Source: Chlorokybus atmophyticus
Taxonomy: Eukaryota; Plantae; Mesostigma and Chlorokybus algae
Length of the DNA: 64,000 bases
NCBI GenBank assembly: GCA_009103225.1
Contig: RHPI01002048.1
Location: forward strand, 237,702-301,701
Direction: 5' to 3'
The translations under genes were made by a program, and so were the position numbers. Each line of letters begins with the position of its first letter. The stretch's first letter is position 1. The notes beneath the pieces are model-generated. The model was not told the DNA's origin and ran no database searches. It saw only the letters and a list, made by a program, of their open reading frames with translations. Below, one piece after another: positions 44,801 to 57,783 of the stretch.

Positions 44801-47800
44801 CAAGGGGAAGGGCAAGAAGGTTGAATAGGATTACGTCGTGGCCGATGTGGCAGCTGGTGGCCGGTTGCTAGAGCTACATGTAGCAAACTGGTTGAATGAG
44901 TTGTCCCGTGTGCATGTAATGACACATGCATGGCAAGCACATGACAAGTTGACACTTCTTTGACGTTGAAAAAGTGGGGGATAATGCTTGTGTGCTGGTG
45001 CATGTAACATTTAACATGCTTGCAGATGTATTGCGCACTTAGTGTGAGTTACAAGGTAAACACAAGACTCCAAGTATGGTGGTGATGGTGCCTAAATATC
45101 ATGGGCCATGGTCAAAACATACTCGGGGGGGAATTGTGTTGAAGCAATTCGCAAAGCGTGAACAGGGACGGTGAGGATGTCGGCAATACTGATTAACCCT
45201 CGCATAAGTCACGAAATCTTGGCTACCTTTTAAGGACGAGTAATACCGCTGCTGTGGACATTTACAGGCACATCGCAGTTTATTACAAGTTCGTTTTCGA
45301 TTGACACAGGTGCAGCGCATAACTTCGTTGAGGAACGATGGGTTGTGCGCAATGAGATAGCTTGCAAACCCTCAGCATTCTCAGCAGCTGGTGCGGGGGG
45401 GTCGTTATCAGTGACAGGTGAAATTAAATTGAAAGTAAATATTGGTAATGATCATGCCAATTTGCCTTGCATTGTGGGATTTATCAACATACCTGGTGTT
45501 GATGTGGTACTAGGGCAAGAATGGCAAGATGATGTAAAAATGACATATGACACGATTGTGCACAGTGCAAAAAGGGGCATAAGCGGATTGCACTGTCCGT
45601 AAAAGGGTCGCATAGCTTGGAACACAAGCAAACGGACCCTGCGCTACTCACGGCACTGCAAGTGAAACGTGCATTGTGTAAAAACGCACCGGCTTGTCTG
45701 GTACATTTGACATGAAGTGATGATGTCGTACTCAGAAATACAGAAGGTGTGGCGGACATCATTACGAAATATCAAGATCTTTTCTCGGATAAGTTGCCAG
45801 GCTTGCCCCCTAATCGAGGTGTCGGACACACAATACCACTAATTCTTGGTAGTGAGCCTCCATTTCGACCAATATATAGGTTAAGCCTAAACGAGAGGGG
45901 GGAAATGAAATCTCAAAGCAAAGGGTTATTGGAAAAGGGACTGATTGAACCAAGTATTTCACCCTTTGGCACGTTTACTTTGTTTGTGATAAAAAAGAAT
46001 GGGTTGCGCGTGTGTGTGAATTACCGTGCTTTGAACAAGATCACGGTAAAGAACAGATCCCCGTTGCCAAGAATTGATGATGTGTTTGACAAGTTGTCGG
46101 GAAATGCGTATTTCAGTACGCGAGACTTGACAATCGGATATCATATAATCCGCATTCATCCTTCTAATGTCTACAAGACAGCATTTTAAACATCCTCCCC
46201 CTCAGGCCATTATCAATACAATAAATTATTTTTTGGATTGACAAATGGGCCCGCAGTGTTTCAGAAGGAAATGAAATCTTTGGTGACATGCTTGGCAAAC
46301 ATGTCATGGTTTATCTTTGATGACATTATTGTCTTTAGTAAAACAAAGGAAGAGCATAGGCAACATGTAAAAGCAGTGTTTGCACGACTGCGTGAACATC
46401 GCTTGGTTGCAAACTTGACAATATGTGATTTTTGCAAAATGGAGTTGCCTTTTGGTCACATTGCGAGTGGTGCGGGCATTAAGCCTGACCCTCGCAAAGT
46501 ACAAATTGAAAGAGTGGCCTCAACCTCAAAATGTCCATCATGTAAGGTCATTCTTGGGGTTGGCAATCTATTTTTGCAAGTTTATGATGGGATACTCAAC
46601 AGTTGTCATGCCTTTGACTAGACTGTTGCACAGAGATACCCCACTTGTCTGGACACAAGCTCAAGAAGCTGCTATGCAACACATGAAATTGGCTTCAACG
46701 TCGGCGCCAATGTTGGCGCTACCAAATTGGGAAAAGCATTTCACTATGATTAGTGATGCATCAACACTTGGGTGTGGTGCAATCTTGTTGCAAGATGGCA
46801 GGCCTTGTGCTTGTGAGAGTAGGAAGTTTATTCCTGCAGAGGTGAACTATACTACAGCTGAACAAGAGCTGCTTGGCATAGTACATGCCTGGAAAACATG
46901 GAGATTTTACTTGGAGGGGGTTCAGGTCACTGTAGTGACTGATCATAACCCATTGGTGTATTTTTTAACATAACAGAACTTGTCACAACGACAAGCGCGC
47001 TGGAATGAGTTTTTGTCCCGGTTTACCTTTGATTAGGTGTATCGGCCGGGAAGAAAACCAATGTAGCTGACCCTCTGAGTCGTTGCCCGTCACTACTGGC
47101 GGTCGTGCGCGCGCAGTTGATTGCAACACGCGGTACATTATCTCCGGATGATGAGTTTGTTCAAGCAGTTGTGCAAGGGTACGCTTTAGACCCGTGGTTT
47201 TCTTTAGCAAAAAACGTGCGAAAGCTTGAAAAGCGTGACAACTTGAATTACATGGGCACTAGTTTGGTTATACCCGACCATGCTGGTTTGATTGTGAAAT
47301 GCATAACTGATGTACATAATCCACCATACGCTGGGTATTTTGGCAGTCGCAACACCACCAAGGCAGCGCAACAGTTGTAATGGTGGCCATCGTTGCCTGT
47401 TGATGTGAAGCAGTATGTGGACACTTGTGACAAATGTGAATGTGACAAACCTTCACGTCAGAAAACAGCTGGGTTATTACGACTATTGCCTATCCCTAAT
47501 AGCAAATGAAAACGTGTATGTATGGATCTCATCACTGAGCTTCCAAAGTCAGCATTGGGTCATACTGCGGTTGCAGTGTTTGTGGATCGCATAACTAAAA
47601 TGGTTCACATATTTTTTGCCGCTCGGAGATAGGCTCCCGTGAGTTCGCGATGGTTTTTGTCGCATCGGTGTTTACGTCGCAAAGCTTGCCTCGCAACATT
47701 GTGTCTGACCGTGATCCATGGTTGGTGGCTCAGTTTTGAAAGTCGTTATGCAACTTCATGCAGATACAGCTAGCATACGAGCACTGCTTGTCACCCGTAA

Positions 47801-49027
47801 ATTGATAGTTAGACAGAACGCGTCAATCAAATGATTGAGGTCCCCATCCGGCATTATGTGAGGCTGAATCAGTCTAACTGGGATGTACACCTTCCTATGG
47901 CTGAATTCGCGATTAACAATGCATGGCAAGAAAGTGTGCAGAAACTCCGATTTTCCTGGATTACGGAGTGCATCCACTGAGTCATGAGAACATCGAATTG
48001 CCCGCTAATGATGTAACTCGTGCAACTGCAGCGCGAGGTGGCTGCGGCCATGCAAGATCGATTGGCGATGGCAAAGAGCTGACTGCACAGCGCTGGACAG
48101 ACAAAAAAGTTGATAAACATTGTAAACAGGCCGACTATGATGTGGGCAATCAGGTGCTTTTGAGCACCAAAAACATATCCATCAAGGGAGTGGGTACCCG
48201 CAAGTTTTTCCCTCGTTGGATAGGCCCCTTCAAAGTGGTTGATCGGGTCGGCACTGACGCGTATTGTGTAGATTTGCCAAAGTCAATACACATTTGCAAT
48301 GTGTTTCACGTGAATACATTGAAATCGTACCGTTCTGACAGTCGAGTTCAACCTCCTCCACCCCCCGTCGCAGTGGATGGCGATGATACCTTCGAGTATG
48401 AAGCGGAATCAATCCTTAGTCACCGTAAGGGTTGGCTCGGACGCGCGCCGTCTTACTTGATGAAGTGGAAAGGGTATGATGTTGAACACGATACATGAAA
48501 ACCTGAAAGGAATTTTACCAATTGCAAACAGATTCTTCGGGAGTAGGCTGGAATGCTGTGTCCACACGCGAACGGTAATAGGGTGTTGGCAGACATCTTT
48601 ACCGCTTCGGCCCTAATTTTCTCGACTACTATGGTTACCAATGCTCGTAGTGGGGCTTAGCTAACCCCTCAATGAGGACATTGATATAAGTGGGGGGGGA
48701 TTATAACGGTGTGCTACCTCCATAGAGGTTGCCCGCCCTTATTGAGGATGAGATAAGGGTTCCACCGGGTATATACAATCCATTAAGCTAGATTAAGGCC
48801 GTTAACCTAGTGTTAAGGCCCTAATCTAATGTTATACATTTGTAACACAAATATCGACACGATGAATGAGTCTCATGTCGATATCAACGCATGGCGGCGC
48901 TGCTAACGCAGCAGCCGCCATAGCCAGGGGACTTGGCAGTTGCCCTGGCGGCGGCGGTGTCAGCGTGGCTGGTGGCGGTGTTGGGGTAGGGGATTGGTGG
49001 GGGTGGTAGCACACCCTCTCTCTTACA
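41856..49027 (+). mobile_element. Full-length but decayed Ty3/gypsy chromovirus LTR retrotransposon
   Basis: LTRs at 41856-42197 and 48702-49027, both ending CTTACA. GCTCT duplication at 41851-41855 and 49028-49032. tRNA-iMet-type PBS TGGTATCGGAGC at 42200-42211. G-rich PPT before 48702. Confidence 0.92.
43886..48498 (+). pseudogene. gag-pol of the chromovirus (gag, CCHC, PR, RT, RNase H, IN, chromodomain) with many stops and frameshifts
   Basis: LSKLRQNG, CHVCHQPGHIAKN, FSIDTGAAHNFV, LRVCVNYRALNK, IFDDIIVFS, SDASTLGCGA, EQELLGIV, TDHNPL, RWIGPFKV, YEAESILSH...YLMKWKGY. A ~304-bp tandem duplication lies at ~43367-43974. Confidence 0.9.
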
Positions 49028-52000
49028 GCTCTCCCCTTCATCCCTTGTGGGGCGTGCTGTTGTGGGTGTGTATTGTGTGGGTGTGCCTGGGGCTGAAGCT
49101 GTGTGAGAGGTTGGTGGTCATCCTCTTCTCCCTTGATGCGCTGCTGCAACTTCCACTGCACCGTGGTGCTGGTGGGACTTCCGCTATACGTCTTTAGTGC
49201 TTATGCTTAAGTTTGCAAAGAACCGATCAGGACGCAAGTAGTGGTATCGTTACATGTGTGGTGCACTACAGCAAAACCACTTGTGTGTGGTGTACCGTAC
49301 ATGGCCTGCTTCAGAGCTGTTTCAGGGGCTCGCCCCCTCCACCATCCCTCATGAGTGGGTAAAATAAGAGACTGCAAGATCTTTGATTAAAAGCATGAAT
49401 TTGTGACTAAATAACGCAATGTATACGATGCTCACGCTTGTTGATGACTTTATGGTGTACGCACAACTTGTGCCCATATTGCAGATACGCTGTGGATGCA
49501 TACATTGTTGAATTCATTCATTTATCGCGAAGCATTTAAGCAATTGCACACTTAAAAGCTCTATTGGAATTTGTTAAACCTTTTCACTCATTTTGTATAA
49601 ATGATCAATCTGGTTATTCACGCATTTGAATTTTATCTGCTACAATAAAAGTACAGCCAAACCTTATTCTTGCCTTGCACGTGACGCTAATATGCACCAA
49701 CCCTTGACCTCGCTTAGCTCAGCTCATCGTTAGTGGTTAAACTGTACATAGAATCATGATGTATGTGTTAGTTGCTGGGTTGTTTTTCTGCCTCTTGTGC
49801 ATCATTGTGTTTATTGTGTGCTTGTATTCCGGGCCCCTCTGTTTTATCCTATATAGCATCAAGGTTGTGCATAAAGAGAGTGTGCACGTATAGAGGTTGG
49901 ACTGTGCCAAGTGGTGTGGCTAGCGTAGTGGCCGCCGCTATATTATAAATGATTGATGAACATGCAGTTTCTTAGCAATGCAATCGTAACGGTCGCGTCA
50001 AATGGGCTCGCCGCAGGATGCGACTTGCTTCGCGTGGCGGGGCCACATGCCCGCTGTGCTTGTCGCTTGCCGGCATGCGTCTCTCGAACGCAGCGCCCGC
50101 GAAGCAAAGTACCAAACTGGCCACCTTCACCGTGCCGAAAAGGTACTGGTATGATTTAACCGCCATGTTATAACTTTCGCACGTCACGTCACGTAGGCCT
50201 AACACGGAGCAAGCTAGGTGAAAAACGCAACGACAAGAAATAACGCACCATTAATTTCAGACGTTTGTAGGCGTAGGGACAAATCTGACGCCAAGCGGCA
50301 ACCAAAGGAAAGAAAAAAGCACAGCTAAATCAAACTTTTAGCCGTTGGCTGAGTAACTCTTTTTCCCCAGCCGTCGTGTTTCGCAACGCGGCTGGACCAT
50401 CGTGGGTCCCAGGAACATTTCGGCCCTGCGGGCTGCCGCTGCGAGTCGCCTGCGACAAGCCTGCGTGGCCCGCAGAAGCGTATCTTGGTGACATCCCTGC
50501 GGGTGCGAGATACGGCGGGAATTGCCAGCAGAGGTGTTCAGCAAAGTCTCGCCGTGCGTTGAGCAAACAGGAACTTTTTGAATGCAGTTTACCGCCGCCA
50601 CCAGCGGCGGCAGGCGCGCCGCTGCCGCCGCCGCTGTGGTTGCCGCCCACAACCTTACGGCAGTCTCCGGAGCTACCAGCTGGCCTTTGGAGCCGTCGAT
50701 CTGTACGATGCGGTCGCGCTAAGCTGGAGGTGTGGACCTTCAGGAGATCTCGTTGGGGTGCGCTGCCGGTGAGTTTGCGGTTGAGTATGCTGTTATAAGA
50801 GCGTGTGCTCCGCAATTGAGACGGTGGATGCTGACATTGGTCGGTTCTTGTGGAATGTCTGCCCTGTGTAGTTGAAACACAGCAAATTACGTGTTTTCAC
50901 TGCACTGTTTGCGCTGTCTTTCCGCCAAGCGTACAAGTGACTTTTGTGGGTTGGTTTTGACTGGGTTTCTGCTTGCTGGTCACTGGTGACGTACTCACCG
51001 ATCAGTAGCTTGTACTTCTGTCGACGAGCATGTGTGCCAGCAGCATACATTGAGATTGTCAACCACTGTAAAATTGTTACGTTCAGGTGTCACAGCATGA
51101 GTTGAGGTTAAGCACAACTCAAAGCGTAATGGTAGGTCAAGCACAATGACTAGCTTGACGGTAGGTTGCGAACCTGTGTTTATGCACTTTATGCTTACTG
51201 TTGCGTGGCGCCAGCTGCTTTCCTGACCAAGTGTGGTTCCTAGTTTTTGCTGTTCACTAGTGCGTCAAGCAGCCATGTGTGTTGGCCAAGCACTCTGAAG
51301 TCGTATTATAAGCACAAGCTTCTTGTTACTGCCTTGGACAGAGCAGATAGCCCCCTGAAGTTTGTGCGTTCCGTTGTTGATGGTCATTGTTTGTCTAGCA
51401 GCTTGTCAGCCCTGTTTGAGTTGTGACCAAGCAACAGCTGTGTGCAAGCTTGTACACAGCTGGGACAAGTGTGTTGTCGTCAGCCAAGCAGGGTCTCTCT
51501 CTCTCTTGTGCTTGTGTTTGTTCAGGCAGCTGTAGGTCCTTGGGATTTCGTGCAGAGAGCTTGCCCTGAAGTCAGTAAGAGTGCCAGTACTGCTTGCATA
51601 CTTGTGTAATTGTGACATTAGCCTGAAGACAGCTTCAGCACGTGACTTGCTGCTCAGTGTGTCGTACATACGTGAAAATTACACAAGCGAACTGAAGTTA
51701 TCAGCTAAGACAGTTGCATGTAATTAATGCGTGCATCACAATCCGAGTATATGTACACCTGCTTTCCAGCTGATCGGCCATGACGTATGCCTGCAACTAT
51801 TGTACTGATTGATTGTTCAATTTCAGGACAGGACACATGAAACTGGCAGGCTGCAGTTGCACTAGGAAGTGCTGGACCATTGCACTTTAACCGGTAATGT
51901 TTTAGGCTTGTTTCAATTCATTAGCAACCTAGGTTTGATAAGCACCTAGCTAACCTTGACCAACAGTTCTGTTAGTCATTGCATTTTGCGGGCACATGCC

Positions 52001-52166
52001 TTGAATCTTGCAGACTGGTAGCCAGTAGCCAGTGCAGTTGTGCAGAGTGCAATGTGCTGCTAAGAACACCATGTGCTTAGAATAGCCCTATCTACAAGGT
52101 GGCAGAAGTCATTTTTAGAGTAGTCTCTGGTTGCCGTTGAATGTCATTGTCTGGCAGGGCAGGTGA

Positions 52167-55100
52167 ATGGCACCGCAAATGCAGGGGCCCCAAGGCACCC
52201 AGGCTCATCTTCCACCTCGACGTCCAGCAGCTGGCACTGGTTCCTTTCACCCCAACATTGCTGGCGAAACATTGGGAGCAGGTTGTCAGGGTGCATCACA
52301 GCAATCGGCCACAGCACGAGATAAGAGCGGTTGGTTGAGGTCTGTTTCAGAACCATTGCCATACCCGGAACAGACACCATCCTCTCCACGCGCTCGGCTT
52401 CAGGCTGCTGCGCAGAGGCAGCGATCCAATTCTCCTGCACCAGTGCGGCCGGTCCTTAGATTGCCAAGGAATGCTGCAAATTCTCGAGCTACTGTGGCAG
52501 CAGCAGCTGCAGCAGCCGCTGTTGCACAGGGCTTTCATGGAGAGCTTGGTGCTCAAGGTCATGGTGGGGCGCTACCTCCCGCCGCTGGCGCTTTGCTGTT
52601 GCAGTCACTGGTATCCTCTATCAAGGTTGGTGGTCTGTGTCTCATCACAACAGTTTGTTGCACGCTGCAGCATAGTGCAAGTGGCCCCTTGCAACCAGCC
52701 TGCTGCGGGCAAAAACAAAGTAAAGAGCAGCACTTCACTTGACACATGCTTGCTCCACAGACTCCGCACATACTCATCACCAACGTCTCAGCTTCTGCAA
52801 GTGAAGAGCGACTGTCAGCACTGCTAGGTGCCTACGGTCGAGTTGCGTCTCTGCACCTGCTGCGATCTCAGGTCTGTGACGTGTGCCCTAGCATGCTTGT
52901 TGCCAGGCGTCTTGTCTGCAATGTGCGCAAACCCATCATCTGGCAGGAAGCTGCACTTGCGTCCATGGAAACTGTTGGGGAGGCGACAGCAGCAGTATCA
53001 CTATTAAACAACAGTTGGCTGTTGGGAAGTCGTCTCATGGTAACATTTCTTGCACAGGTAAGCTTGCTGCTGTTGTCATTTTGTGCTGGTGTGTTGTGCT
53101 GCAGTTGCACTGGCTCTGCTCTTGTGTTACTCACTTGCAGTGGTTGAGTGTGCCATGACACACGCTTGTTTGTTTGGTGCAGCCTGCTAGTGAAGTGGCC
53201 CTGGTGCTCTCTTCACCGGTCCCAACATTTCCAGAAGTTGTTGCATCTGCTGCAAGAGATGCCGCCGTTCGCATTGCCCGTCAGGCTCATGCAGGCACAT
53301 CCTACGCTGGCCGGGCAAATGATCTGCGTGGCAGCCATGCACATCAACCCGCTGGTTGGCTAGCAGAAGCCACTCATAACACAGGAAGAGATCCAGCCGA
53401 GACTATCAGAAATGCATGGGATGCACACGCGCGCCAAACCATTGGGGCTTCCGGTATATTAGATCCCTTTGGCACTGAATATCGCTTTGGTCAGGTAAGG
53501 ACACTGTCTTTTTGCCCCAGTGCATTGAATTGCGGTCGTCTTGAGCTGGCTCTTGCAGGTAATATGGTGTACCCCAGAGGGACTTGAGAGCTATGCGCAG
53601 AAATGGCGCAACACTTGTGCCAGTCCGTTCGACACAGAATATCACTTGCCTTTGGAGATTCTGCGACGCCCTCAGCGCGAACCGCCCTACTCCACCGCGC
53701 TGCTTCTTTTTGATGCCTACACTCAGCTTCTGCATGGCCTCTATCAACAGGTACCTGCCCATGGTGCAAACTTGTAGAAGTAAAGCAAAGAGCAACTGGT
53801 GGAAATTTGAGTTGACAATGCAGTGCATGACTAGCTTGCAAGGTAGCGGGACTGCACACTGAGTTGCCAGCATGTTGGCCTATTTTGTTGACATACCAAC
53901 TGGTGGAAATTTGAGTTGACAATGCAGTGCATGACTAGCTTGCAAGGTAGCGGGACTGCACACTGAGTTGCCAGCATGTTGGCCTATTTTGTTGACATAC
54001 CGAGTTGCAGGTTGATTGCGTCCCAGCTGCTGGGTGGCATAGTGCCAAGGGTGGAGCTGCCACTGCTGGACCCTCTCATGCTCGGCGCTCGGTTGCCAAG
54101 TTCATGCTTGTGCGAGATTGTCCACCCCTTGTGCGCTGGGAATTTGAGAGCATATTCCCGTCCAAACGCGTAGATGAACGGATGCTTCCCTTCCGCTTAG
54201 ATCGTCGCCAGATGCAGTTTGTTTTGGAGGCATTCCAACGGAAGGAGAACATTATCAAGCAGCTTACGGAAAATACTCCAGGCGTGAGTCCAACTGAAGG
54301 TCAAGAAGGCTCACAATGGGGCAGCAACAGTGACCAGCAGTCTGGAGGTAGCGGTCCAGCTGTGAGCGATGAGTCACCCCCACAGCCATCATCTGCAGAA
54401 TCAGTAGCTGACAACCAAATGTGGCCTTGGCAATCTGAGGCTCCACAGCAACACTCCAATCTGCCACAACGGTCTGATCATTCTCCCCAGCTATCGCGTG
54501 TGAATTCAGGGAGGATGGCACCAGGGTTGTCACGTGTGGACAGTTTAAAGGAGTTTCAGCGAAGTTTTAGCCTGCCACTTGAAGGACAGCATGCTGCTTC
54601 GTCTGCCTCCTATCTTTCATCTGAAGCACTTGGCCTGCAGTCAGTGCCTGAAACTAGTGGCATGCCAGCAAACAGTCTGGCAAAAGTGACTGCTGCTCGG
54701 TGCAGTCCGCTTGGACAAAGGCAGCCAACTCCACAGGAGGATGATGGCGTGCAAGAGTTTCAGGCGTTGGTGGCTTGGGTGCTCCACCGGGGCGGTCCTG
54801 TTGAGGTGCGTACAGGCTCTGCGCCCGCCCTTTCAGAACAATCATTCTGCCTTGGCATGGATGGTTTTTATTGTTTGGAGTCGCTAATTGCTCAATTGCT
54901 CAATTGCTCAATTGCTCAATTGCTCCTTTGTGCAGAGCCCAAAAGATGAAGGTGTGATGGTCGCCGAAAATCAGTCAAAGTGGGACGACAGCCCCAGTGA
55001 CTTATCTGAAGTTTTGAACCAACGACTCTCAAATGGTGTTGCTGCTTTTTCAGCTGAGGCGCTTCACACAGATGGCCTGGCTCAGTTGCCCGGTGCTAGC

Positions 55101-56117
55101 GCAAGTACCACCGATTGGTCAACATCTCATGACCAGCAGGCTTGGTCACTGCAAGATAGCCTCAACTTAAATTCCAGTCTGCTCAACTGGGCCACAGCTG
55201 ACGAGCAGTTCACAGGCAGGGCAGTTGAGTCGACGTCAATTGATACAGGAAGGGCCAGTCCATTGCAGAGCTCACCAGATGCGCGTCTAGCACGGAGGTC
55301 AGACACAGACAAACGCGCAGAGCAACTTGGTGTGATTGGGCGACGCTCCTCTGACAGCAAACCAGCTGTGCATTCTGCCAATGCTTTCAGTTCTTCACTT
55401 TGGAACAGTTCCATTGAATCCCAGTTTGCTGCGCTGAACGTAAGGTCCAGTGCTAACAGTCTCCTGCGTCGTAGCCACACTGCTGAGATATCCTCCAACG
55501 CATCGTTGTTGTCCACTCCTGGCACCACTCCCTCCACTTCAGAAGGTGCTGAAGAGGAAGTACAGCGAATGATTGCATTCTTGTACCAAAAAGACCAGAC
55601 ATATGAGCTCGAAGCCTCTGCTACTGTTGAGTACCCCTCCACCACAGCCAGCATGCACCATTCCAGCAGCACTGGCAACTTGCGCGCGAGCACTCTCCCG
55701 TCCCACATGCAGAACGGCAGCAAAGGCGCAGCAGACTGGCTATCTGCTGTGCGTCGCCAGCCAGCACCATCGCTTGCTGCCAGCAATGGTGCCAGCAAAG
55801 CCTCTGCAGGCCCATGGGGGCGCAAGCTGTCCAATCTGCGGAACTCCGACAGACCTTGGGAGCGGAGTCACTCTGGGCCAGTTGCTTGCTCTCAGCCAGG
55901 GTTTGCGGCCTTCACAAATGCACAGGAGTCGTCATCACTGAAGAACAGTGCTGCTATGTGTGTCGTTTGCAGAGTGCAGCAGTCTACCACCGCAGTTCTT
56001 CCTTGTGGCCATCGGTGCTTGTGCAGCGATGATGCCGAGCACATTCGCGTCAACAGTGGGTTATGCCCAATCTGTTGTGGCCGCTTTGAAAGTGCAGTGG
56101 TCATCCACGACATCTAG
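52167..56117 (+). CDS. ~1050-aa protein with one RRM, an unassigned central domain, a long disordered region and a C-terminal C3HC4 RING finger (probable RNA-binding E3 ligase)
   Basis: In-frame GT-AG exons 52167-52610, 52761-52871, 52947-53057, 53183-53494, 53559-53750, 54011-54805, 54936-56117. RRM-like HILITNVSASASEERLSALLGAYGRV...ALASMETVGEATAAVSLLNNSWLLGSRLMVTF. RING CVVCRVQQSTTAVLPCGHRCLCSDDA...CPIC. ATG is preceded by an in-frame TGA. Confidence 0.8.
53793..54000. repeat. Perfect 104-bp tandem duplication in an intron
   Basis: 53793-53896 is repeated at 53897-54000. Confidence 0.9.
54886..54925. repeat. (AATTGCTC)5 minisatellite just before a splice acceptor
   Basis: Five exact 8-mers seen directly. 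Confidence 0.9.
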
Positions 56118-56689
56118 GCTCACTGCACGGCGGTAGTTGTTACAGCTGCAAGGGGTTTTTAGGCAGGAATAAGATGCGGTCCTTGGCTCTGCCCATCATC
56201 GTGGAACAGGTCTCCACGCATGGGGCAAGCGCAACGACGCGGTGCGTGTTTGGTGTGTGTATGTTGCGGAAAGTGAATAAGGCTCTTATGGCACCAGCAT
56301 GGGTATTCGGAGTCACATAGCAGCCAGGCCCAACAACGTGCCCATGCTATGGACGCTTCAAAGTACCCAGCAGGCTGGGACAAGACTAGTGTGTTAGTTG
56401 AAAGTGCGTATGGTGTGCCTGCTTTGACATTTCAAATCGTGGTGTGCTTTGTGTAGTGCAGGACTTTGTAGTGTTTCATTTTTGTTTGATACCTGTAAGA
56501 TTGTCCCCTTGATTGTAGTGCAGTTAAATTCTTGCCTGCAACGGCTTTTTCACTTCCCTGATTTGACTTCTGGCTCGCTTTTTCTCTTCCTCATCCACTG
56601 AAATCACTGCGGATCTGTGACTTCAGAGCGCTTGGCACTGTCAGACATTTGTCACTGGTTGTTGGCGGTTTCGTGTTGCCCCTGTTGTG

Positions 56690-57031
56690 ACCGAGTGGTG
56701 TCAAGTAGTAAATTGGTATGTGCGACCATCCTCCGGCGAACGAATTCTTTCCGTTGGTCGCCGAGACCCACGGGACATTGGGCGCCGCCTTCAGCGACGT
56801 CCTCAACAGGTGCGCTCACCAAGCAGTGCACGGGCGTGGCCTCCCGCTGGCCAGACTGGGTGGGTACGTAGCGCGGTTCAGGCAGCGCATGGCCTGCAGC
56901 GGGCCCAGGCCATGGCCCTGCTGGACAGGGTGGCGGCGGCGGTGGCGGCGGCTCCGGATTGGCAGCCATTGCAGGTGACTCACCCCACGGCGGACGTTGC
57001 ACTAGCTGGGACGACTGCTGGCACCTGTTAG
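56690..57031 (+). mobile_element. 3' fragment of an RLE-type non-LTR retrotransposon (CRE/R2/RandI-like C-terminus)
   Basis: EFFPLVAETHGTLGAAFSDVLNRCAHQA...FRQRMA, then frameshifted LQRAQAMALLDR. This resembles the FxPLxxETxGxxG...LQRxxA tail of RLE elements. Confidence 0.5.
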
Positions 57032-57494
57032 AGCCCCGTTAGTAGCTTGGTTGCTGTGCTGGCTTCTGTGCTTGCTGCTGTGCATGTAGTTTGTGGCTAG
57101 GTACGGACATGGTGTACGTTGTGCCCGCGTTTTTGTTAATGCCATAAGTGTTTGAGAAAAATTGGGGCTTGTTGTACACAAGGTGCAACGGGGATGTGCT
57201 TGTTGTAAGACCATGCTCGTTCATGTAATCATACCGTTGTCCTTGCGTAAGTAGTGCTGCCTCATGCAGTCTTCCCCAAAGTGTTTGGGGTCTAGCTAGT
57301 GTACAAAGATCGTATGCTGCATGCATGGGTTGTTATCACAATGCATGGTGCGTCACTCATCACAAGCACAACCTAACCCCACCACCCAACCCCACCAGTA
57401 GCACCTATGTAAACGCCAGCAACTGCACAGCAAGGGTGATGTCGGAGGGAGGGGCAGGGCAGGGGGGCCCTGTCGAATAAAGAACAACAAGGGT

Positions 57495-57678
57495 AAGAGC
57501 GAGAGCGAGAGCGAGAGCGAGCGAGCGAGCGAGCGAGAGAACAAGAGTGAGCGAGAGAGCGACAGAGCGAGAGCGAGCGAGAGAGAGCGAGAGAGCGAGA
57601 GAGCGAGAGAGCGAGAGAGCGAGAGAGCGAGAGCGAGAGAGCGAGAGAGCGAGAGAGCGAGAGAGCGAGCGAGAGAGC

Positions 57679-57758
<80 letters not shown>

Positions 57759-57783
57759 GAGCGAGAGAGCGAGAGAGCGAGAG
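57495..57783. repeat. (GA)n/(GAGC)n microsatellite running into an assembly gap
   Basis: Seen directly. Confidence 0.95.

Noticed and set aside
50376-50768. ORF ending at a good GTGAGT donor as the first coding exon of the RING gene
   Set aside because: The acceptors tested before 52167 lead to in-frame stops, so it is more likely a 5' UTR exon or uORF. An intervening exon cannot be excluded.
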